64,000 bases of DNA from NCBI RefSeq assembly GCF_009914755.1, contig NC_060933.1; one strand, written 5' to 3'. Source of the stretch: the human T2T-CHM13v2.0 reference genome, Homo sapiens. Made by a program: the position numbers and the translations under genes. Of the stretch, positions 53,654-64,000 are shown one piece after another; within the stretch, counting starts at the first letter, position 1, and every line of letters starts with the position of its first letter. The notes under the pieces are model-generated. The model made no database searches. It saw only the letters and a program-made list of their open reading frames with translations, and was not told the origin of the DNA.

Positions 53654-54244
53654 TCAGGGAGGGCCGGCGGAGACCGGCAGCCTGGGGTCCCCGCGGCCGC
53701 CGCCCCAGCCGCTGTCGCCGGCCCGTCGCGTAATCCCCTCTCTGTGCCCAGGCGCTGCCGCCGGCACCCACCGAGCGCCCCGCGCAGCGTCCCGGGGTGG
53801 GTCCGGTGCAGTCCCCGCGCCCGGCCTTCCCCTGCCAGGCCCCACGCTCCCGCCCCGTCCGGGGGGCTCCTCCCGCGCGGACCCCGTCGCGCCCGATCTG
53901 GGGCCCTCGGGTTCGATGCGCTTCGATTGGGATTCGTTTGTCTGAGAACAAAACCCCGATTCTGAGAAAAAGAGATGGGCTCAGCCGCGGGGAAGACGCC
54001 AGGGGACCCAGGAGCGCTGGGGCGCCCGGCCCGGGTGTTCTGGGAACCCGACAGAGACGAAGGAGGCAGAGACAGAGTCCGGGGGAGCCAGAGATGGGAA
54101 GAAACTCTGGCGAGAGACAACGACCGACGCCACCGGGCGCAGACACGAGGCCAGTCCGAGAGTGCCAGAGACACAGACACTGAGACGCCCAGCTAGAGAG
54201 AACCCGGCGGGGACGAGACACAGGGAGGGATGGAGAGAGACAGG

Positions 54245-54249
<5 letters not shown>

Positions 54250-54276
<27 letters not shown>

Positions 54277-54299
54277 CGAGAGAGAGAGAGAGAGAGAGA
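54250..54299 (+). repeat. (GA)n microsatellite, NR5A1 intron 1
   Basis: Direct inspection. Confidence 0.95.
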
Positions 54300-57200
54300 A
54301 ACGAGGGGTGGGGGATTGGATCAGAGACTCGGAGAGACAGCGGAGGCCCGAAGAGAAAACCCAAGAGAGACTGACGCAGAGCCAGAGACACAACGATAGA
54401 CGACAGACAGAGACGCCGAGACGAGAGGAGCCCCGGAGAGACGAGGCCGGGGAGCTACAGAAACACGGAGAGAAAACCTGGAGGCGGAAGCGCCCAGCCC
54501 GAGGGTCGGGGACAGGGGACGCGCGGAAACCTGCCGGGCAGGAGCCCAAGCGCCAAGGCGAGGCCCCGCAGGGTCGGACCCAGACGGGGGCCCGGGCCGC
54601 AGGAGGCGGAAAACGACGGCGCCGGGACCGAGAGCCCGAAAACGCAGAGCCGCCGGGACCCCCTCCCCGGGGGAGACAAAGCCGCAGCAGCGACGGCAAC
54701 GGGAGGCGCAGCCCGAGCCGCCGCTGCCACCGGGACGTCGGGCGGGGAGACCTCGGGCGGGGGTCGGCGGGCTCCGGGAAGCCGAGCCCGAGGCGAGGGA
54801 GCGACCTCGGGCGGAGAGGCGAAGTCCGGAGGAGGGAAGCGCGAAGAGCCAGGGCCCGGGACGCGAGAGGGGGCGCGACGGCGGCTGCGGTCGGCCCGGC
54901 GCCCACCTGGTCGCTCCTGCGAGCAGCGCCCCGCGTCCCGCCCGCGCGGAGCCCGCACCTCTCGGCCGCGCCGCCGCCGCCGGCGAGGAGCCGCACCCGG
55001 GCGCAGCGCCGCCCGCCCGCGATGACGGCCGCTCGGGCCGGGGACGGGGAGGCGGGGGCGCGGGGCTGGCGGCGCGGGGGCCTCGGCTCCCCCCTCCCGC
55101 CTCCCCGCCCCCCATCCTGCCTCCCTGTTCCCCCCCGCACCGCCGCCGGGGCCGCTCCGAGGCGCACCTGGGACCCGGGCCCCTCAGCCGCCACCCCGCC
55201 CTGCGCCAACCCGCCGCGCCGGGGCCAGGGGCCGGCCCCTCTATATCGGCGCGTGCGGTATCCGGGGGCGGAGGCCCGGTCGTGTCCTCCCCCCAAGCCC
55301 GGCCCGCGCCGGCACCCTCTCCGCAGTCCAGCTCGAGTCTTCGCCCTCATCCTCCAGGCCCCCCAGCCGCAGCCCGGCTCCCCGGACCCCGAGCGCGGCC
55401 AGAGAGCTGCGGAGCCCGAGTGCCCCGCGATCTGGGCAGGTATAGGGCAGTGGGGGCCTTGGGTCACCCGCCTGCAGTGGGAGGAGGCAGCTCCTGTCTG
55501 TGAACCCAGCTGGGTCGTGGCGAATGCCACGCGGGTGGCTGGTCGCACTACAGCGTGGAAGTGGGTAAGGGCGAGTGGCGACCGTGGCCGAGGCTCGGAT
55601 TCACGGGTGGAAGCCAGATTCTCCCATGGGGCCCACCACATCTCCTCACTCGAGCCTGTAGCAGCTCTCTCCCCGTCTCGGGTCTTCAGTTGCCGCATCT
55701 GTGAAGTGGGTAGATGACCGCTCTTCCTCGCTAAGGGTGGGTCGTGAGGATGAACCCAAGCAGTAGGGGCAAAGCACGCGTGTGGCCTGGCGGAAGCGCT
55801 CAGTGGCGCCCCTCTGGGGAGATCTGGGGCGAACCCCTTCTGCTCGCTAGCCTCAGGTCGCTGGGCTGGAAATGGGACTCGTGGAAATCCCATTTTACAA
55901 ATGTCCGAGGCCTGGGGGGACCCGAAGCCTCTACGGGCGCAGGAGCTGGGAGAGGAGCCCGGAGGCAGGGCCCCGCTGCTCCCCTCGGAGCTCTCACGGG
56001 GGGGTGGGGCGAGGAAGAAAGCGCTGGGCGGTCTTGGGGACAAAGGGGTTCCCGGGCCTATGGGCCAAGCAGTTGCTCTGGGCTAGGGACCATCCGCGGG
56101 GCCACTGTTTTTCAGCTGGAGAAACGGACCCGAAAGGAAGGGGCCTGCTTGCATCCTGCCTCCGCCCCCGCTGGCACCTGGGGTCAGAGAGAGTTTGGGG
56201 ACCATGAGGCCAAAAAGCTGCGATCTTCAAGCAGGAAAATACCGCAATTTTGCATTGACAGCGGCGCAACCCACCAAAAGGCTCCATCTGGGCTCCCGCC
56301 CGCCTGGAGGCCTCGGGCTTCGGTTGGAGCTGGGCCTGGGGCCTGCAAGTTGTGGCCAGAGAACCCCCCGCGCAGACCGCACTCAGCTGGCTCACCCACA
56401 GAAGGAGCAGAACCCGCAGACTAGCTGTGCAAGCTCGGGCAAGTCACTTCTCCTCTCTGAAACGAGAGCCTCAGTTTTCTCCGAGCATAAAGTGGAACAT
56501 GTTGGCTTTACAGATGGGGTACTGCGGTTTCCATGCAAGAATCTTGGATGAGGAGGGAAGAAAGAGCCAGAGACCCTGTTAATCGTACCCCCCGCACCCC
56601 CAAACCCCTGAGAAACAAGAGCATCTGCCCGAGCTGGAGGTGGGGGTCACTGCCGCCTCTGAACAGCTCCCCACCACAATGGAGCCCTCAGACAGTGACT
56701 GCAGGAGGGAAGGGGGTTGGTGGATGATGGGCTGGGGTGCCCCAGTTGGCTGTTCTAAGGTAGAGCTCACCCGAGGTCTCCTGGAAACCTGGAGCTGGAC
56801 ACACAGGCCCCAGCCGCCGGGGTTGGGTGGGGGCTGGGCTCAGGCCCTTCTCCCTCTATCTCCAATCCCCTCTCCCCAAGGGTTTCTACTCTCACCGGCT
56901 GGAAGCCCATGGCTCCTCTGCACTCCAGGCTCCGAGGCACCCACCCCCACAGGTTCCAGGTTCCAGCCCACCGCCTGGGGAGTTCCAGCCCCTCATCCAC
57001 CCACCCAGGGAGGGAAGCCTAGACCTGGCCCGGCCGCAGAACCCAGGCTGACAGATGGATGCCGGAGACAGACACACGGATACACAGCAAGACTCAGAGA
57101 GAGCCACAGAGACAACACAGAAACTCAGGTGGGGGACAGAGCCCCAAGACAGGCCCAGAGCCCTCCAGACACACTCACAGACCTCTAGGCTCAGACCCAC

Positions 57201-57473
57201 ACAGCCTGGTGGATGCCTGGCCAGAGACAGCGGGACACCAGCGGACCTCCATGGGGCTTGTGGTCACAGGCCTGGCTCCTCCCATCGGCAGCCCAGGGAA
57301 GAAGAGGGGGTAGCATGGTGGGAGGGTGAGTCTGGGAGACCCCTGGCACCTTCCCTGCCCAGAGCAGGGGGCACCGGTCACTAAGTGGAGCAGGCAGTGG
57401 CCGGCCCAGGCTGCAGGGAGGCACTGCAGAAGGAGGCTGGCCATTAGAGGCCTGGGCCAAGGCCCTCACTTAC

Positions 57474-57645
57474 GAAGCGGAAGCAGCGCTCTCACACCGG
57501 ATGAGGGTGGCAGTGGGCACCAGGGGTCCAGGGGGAGGCTCCGGCAGCCCAGGTGGGACGGTGGCGACTGTGGGTGCGCAGAAACCCCCTCACACCACGG
57601 CGGGCGGCAGCCGGACAGCAGGCTGGCCCTGTCCGTCCGTCCTCC
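57474..57645 (-). other. NR5A1: NR5A1 noncoding exon 1 (5' end approximate)
   Basis: Donor |GTAAGTGAG at 57473 on -; lies just downstream of the E-box/CCAAT/GC-box promoter. Confidence 0.85.
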
Positions 57646-57649
57646 TCCT

Positions 57650-57740
57650 CCTCCCCGCCCTGGTGGGGGGGCCACCGGAGGCCCAATTGGTCTCTGCCCC
57701 CACGTGACTCTGCAGGCCTCTCGCCTTCTTTGTTGGTGTT
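57650..57740 (-). promoter_or_regulatory. NR5A1: NR5A1 proximal promoter: GC box, CCAAT, E-box, SOX site
   Basis: CCCCGCCC 57653-57660, CCAATTGG 57683-57690, CACGTGAC 57701-57708, AACAAAG (-) 57728-57734; matches the established Sp1/NF-Y/USF/SOX9 architecture. Confidence 0.9.
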
Positions 57741-58913
57741 TCTCTTCATTTACGTCTATTTTTTCTTCTTCTCCTAAAAGAAAAAAAATACCCCTATCTA
57801 TCTGGGGGCTGAGGGTGGGGGCGGAGGCCAAGGCACTGCAGAGGCCTTGGCCAGCTGGCTGTTCCAGGCCCGCTGTGGGAGCCCAGAGGCAGGGACCCCA
57901 CAGAGGCGGGTAGGCAGCCCCGCTTGTTAGAAACCGGGTGGGAGTGGGGCTTGATTTATGGGCTGCTCCCCCACCCGGCCTGCCGCCTGCTCCTCTCTCC
58001 TTGTGAATGGCTACCTCCCTGGGGCCTGGCCTGGCATGGTCTGGCCCAGCCCGGACATTGGAGTAGAGTCAGGACAGGCCAGTGCGGAGGCAAGGCCATG
58101 GCGACTTGACTAGGCGGCCTGCTGCTTCCACCTCTTTTTCCTCTTCCATCAGGTGGAAGAAGAGGGGGGCCGGAAGGGGAGCAGGTGAGCGGCCTGGACA
58201 CCTGGTGCGTGCATGCCACGGTGGCCTCTGAATGTCCTCATCTGCTGTGGGCTGCTGATGTTCCCAGTCGATGGCTGGAAAAACTGAGGCTGGGCTGAGA
58301 CTGCCTCTGAGGCCAAGTGGTGGCTATAGTGGCCCCAGGTTGAACCAAGTATGAAGCTAGTCCAGGATAGGACAGGGTAGCAGGAAGGGGCCCTTATCTA
58401 GAAGGCTAGGCCTCCCTAGACAACCTGGGACGTCCCCATCCAATCTCTGGGCCCAGATGGGCTCTGAAATATCCTGTTCCTGTAGGGCCCGGGTTGCAGG
58501 GTGTTGTGCCGCTCCCACGGTGACTGGATCTTTTGTGTGTTCCTCTGTTTGTCTCACATTTACTGAGCGCACACTTAGGGGTCAGGCACTGTTCCAGGCA
58601 CCAGGGATCCCATAGGAAAGAGAAGAAAAGTCTCTGTCCTCAGAGGATTTACCTCCGTGCCTTTCATCTTGGGAGAGCAGGGAGGGGCACAGGGTGACTA
58701 TGGGGCAGTCACTGTTGAGAACCACCCCTCCTCCCACATATCCCTTCATTGGAGGAAATAAATAAATCACACCCAACACCTCACTTATCTGGAACAAGAG
58801 GGACTTTTCTGGATAAGTGAAGTGAAGCCAACTCTCCCTATATATATTTTTTCATGGAAGGCCACTGAAAAAGTAGAAACGCCAACTATATTTAAAACCT
58901 ATGTGTTTTCCAG

Positions 58914-60770
<1,857 letters not shown>

Positions 60771-63700
60771 CTAACATGTCACATACATGTAACAATAACA
60801 AAATCATGAATCTTTGCACCTCATTTAATAGGCGACCTTATGAAGTGGGGTCTGCTTTGTCCGCCTTCTTAAACAAGACAAACAGGTCTCTCTCCACACC
60901 ATGACGCCATAGAAGGAACCAGCCTGGCTTTGTCCTAGTCTCCTGGTGAGTCCTTGAGCCCTGAGAAGGAGAATTGCTGGCAGAGTCTCTGGATTAAATC
61001 CCAGTTCTACCACTTTCTAGCTGTGTGACCTGGGACCAGTCACTTCCCCTCTCTGGGCCTTCTCTCTTCTCTATAAAATGGGGATGAAAGGAGACAATAC
61101 GTGTAATGTATTCAGTGGCTGGCTGGTATGTCATGTGTGCTCAATAAGTGTCAGCAAAACACAAACAAACAACCAGCTGAAGGACTGGATGATCTGTCCT
61201 CAGAGGCCCTTTCCCTGTTGAGTATGAGATTGCAACATCATCATGGACACCGTTTGCCCTTCTGTGATGAGCGCCTCACCTCAGCCTGGGGAAGCCTCCA
61301 GGAAAGGCCTGATTTATCTCTGGGTCCACAGCAGCCCGCGTGGAGCAAGCGTTGGAACTTGCTGAATGACCACTTTCCTCCGCACTTGTAGGTAGAGCTC
61401 TGCTGCCTGCTCCATGGGTCCTGTCTCCTCTGACGGCATCAGTTGTCACTCAAGGCTGGGTGCTCCTCATCCCCTAACCAACCCTGGCCACAGTCACTGG
61501 TACCCCCTTCCTCTGTGCTGCCCCCTCCCACCCTCAGCCAAAGTGGGTGCTCTATGGGGACAGGGGCAGCCAGGGGTTACCAGCGTGCTGGGAATGGCAA
61601 GGCCCCAACTCAGAAGTGCCCCCCTATGTGCCAGGTCCCCAGCTAACCACTCCACACCTGCAGTCAGTCTCGAACCTCTCCGGCATTCTGGGAGGTAGGT
61701 AGTAATTCCCTCTCAACCCCCGATAGCAGCAGTTAAGAGAGGAGGAAAGTCAGGCTTAGAGAGACCAGGCATCTTCCCAAAGTCACCAGGCGAGGGTGTG
61801 ATGGGACCAGCGTTCAAATCCCAGCAGTGGAGTCCAGAGCCCAGGCCTGCAGGCTGACTCCTCTCCACCCTGCCAGAGCCCCTGGGTGGCCTGTCCTTTC
61901 CTTCAAGCTCTAGCCCTGGTGGTCCCAGGCCACTAGACCTACCCAGAGGGGAAAGCAAAGGAGGGCTGTAGTCCTGACTCAGGCGCCCCCAACCTCCCTC
62001 CCCAGGCAAACAAAGCCCAGGGTCTCTCTCCTAACTGGGGACTTTCCCAAAGTGCCAGGCCCATTTCCTGGAGGTGGGATAAGGAACAAACAAACCAGAG
62101 GCCCAGAAACTGAAACAGAGAGAGGGACAGAATCATCAGGCTGCAGAGTGGAAAGGTGGCCAGAAAAAGAGAGAGAAGCTGCAGAGGCTTGGGCAGAAAA
62201 TATGAACACAGAGAGAAAGGGGAGACGCAGTCGGAGGGAGGGAGGATGACAGAGAAATTCAGAGTGGTGAGGGTTGGGGAGAGAAGAAATGAGAGCGAGA
62301 AGAAATGAGGAAGAGAGAGAGAGTAGGGATGAGAGAGATTCAGACGGAGAGAGAGAGACTGAGGCAGAGAACGAGAAGCGGGAAGGGCCGAGGCCTGGAG
62401 AGCTGGAGGTGGAGGGAGGGTGGATGTGGAGACCCCGTGCAGGGCAGCGGAGGGGGCGGGCCTGCTGGCGGCAGCAGAGGCTGTTTCCGCTGCACCCCTT
62501 ATCAGCCTGCTGCCAGATGTTCAGATCCGATGCCAATGTCAGAGAAGTCCATAGTGCTGGGTCAAGGCCGTGGCCAGCGGGAGCCTCAGCTGCAGTGTGG
62601 GGAGGGGGGCTAGGGGCCTGCAATAGACCTGCTCGCTCTTCCCCCTCTGCCTGGTGGCTCTCTGGGCTGGACCACCTCGTGGGGATGGGAAAGGCCAGGT
62701 GCCCCTGGGGCCAGTTCTCTAGACTGAGAGCAGGGACTTGTGGAGGCAGATTGGGGCTCCTGGCAACACGTGGACACATACATCTTTGCACATTCGAGAA
62801 AGCACATGGACACACACTCAGGCACATGAGTGCACAGTGCCACATGGGGACAGCTCACAGAGTGAAGAGCTGCGCCCCCACAGCTCTCCTCAGCACCCCA
62901 CAGCCTGCTAGAGCCCCTGCTCTGCGTGTTCAGCTTAGGGCCCCTACCCCCCCGACCTCTCTCCTGACCCAGGACTGCAGCCCGCACTGGAGAAGCAAGA
63001 TAGGAGCCTCTTTGTGGCTGGTACTATTCCTAGGGCCCACACTGCTCTTCTGTGAACTGGATGCACCCAGAACCTGCTGCCCCAAGGGCTGGGCAGAGGA
63101 CCTGGGACCCTTAGAACATGAGGCCTGGGGGAGCCCCCGTAGGAGGTGCAGAAGGTGGCATCTGGCAGAGCTGGGCTCCAGCCTTGGGTCTGGCCTCTCC
63201 ACCAGGCTCCTGGAGCGTGCAGTGCAGCTGGGGCCCCCAGCCTGGGGTAGCTTATCTCTCGGTGCACACGCTTGGCCCTCAAGGGGTGACCCAGCCTTGC
63301 TCCCCACATTCCACTTCAGCCACGCAGCCGGTGGGCGCCCCCACAGCCCCGAGACAGGGCCTGTGCTTGGAGGGTGGTCAGAAGCCATCATGCTGCACCA
63401 CCCCCTGCTCTCGGCTCCAGCCCTGCACAGCCATCTCTGGTGTCTCTTCGCTTGTCTCTGCTTTCATCTCTGTCACGATGAATCTGTCACTGTCGGTATC
63501 TTAATCATGTTCTAATTTGTTTCTCTCTGCTATTTTCAGCCGCCTAGTCTGTTTTTCTTTTCTCTCTCTGGGGTCCTTGAATGGGGCCACATCTAAGGAT
63601 ACTGACACTTTTCTTTCTAGCTCACAGTGGCCAGCTGAGTGGGAATGTCTATGAGAACTCGGGCTTGGGTGAGGGACAAAGGGCTTCAGAAAGCAGAGAC

Positions 63701-64000
63701 CTTGGAACTGTAGTGGGTGAGCTGGGGCAGCCCAGGGAGCCCAAATTCAGGCCCCCTCCCACCCACTGCTAGGAGTCAGCCTGGATGATGGACACTGATA
63801 GGGCCTGGTGCTGGAGGGCTCCCCCATGTAGTGGAGAAGCCTGGGGGTGGCAGCAATGGGGAGGAAGCTGGGGCTGGAGGTCTCCCAGCCTGAGAGCCTC
63901 CTTCCTGTTTGTAGGGAAGTCACTGCCTCACAAACCTGCTAGCGGGAGAAAAGGGAGGCCATGGGGACTTCCGGGAAGCTGGCCAAGGGCCCCAGGCTAC

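Noticed and set aside
54193-56043. Long overlapping ORFs (616 aa -, 495 aa +, 264 aa -)
   Set aside because: They lie in the GC-rich CpG island and (GA)n repeat of NR5A1 intron 1, where stops are scarce; the products are low-complexity Arg/Pro/Gly/Ala with no domain.
62274-63515. 413-aa + ORF and 288-aa - ORF
   Set aside because: One end lies in GA-rich low-complexity sequence, there is no recognisable domain, and the + ORF has a non-ATG start.

Overview
Primate (human-like) genomic DNA from the ADGRD2 (GPR144)–NR5A1 (SF-1/Ad4BP) locus, recognised from the encoded proteins; in human this is 9q33. The + strand carries the whole adhesion GPCR gene ADGRD2 (~650–28810): C-type-lectin-like segment, pentraxin domain, GAIN/GPS and 7TM. 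The - strand carries the complete, intact NR5A1 gene (noncoding exon 1 ending at 57474, ATG 53620, stop 32987, AATAAA 31483–31488; 461 aa), convergent with ADGRD2. The rest is introns and intergenic DNA with Alus, an old L1, Tigger-type MERs, microsatellites, CpG islands and candidate NR5A1 enhancers. I found no new biological system. The most notable result is a hand-built, frame-consistent ~1062-aa ADGRD2 model: a signal-peptide start at 1898, extra GAIN/GPS exons, and a small-exon tail ending in -SGF. Its only lesion is a GT>AT change at the donor of the exon encoding the first half of the GPS motif (15567). An inverted local copy of an Alu plus its unique flank brackets these GPS exons. 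Nearly all ORFs in the supplied track other than exon fragments are GC-rich or repeat-derived noise.
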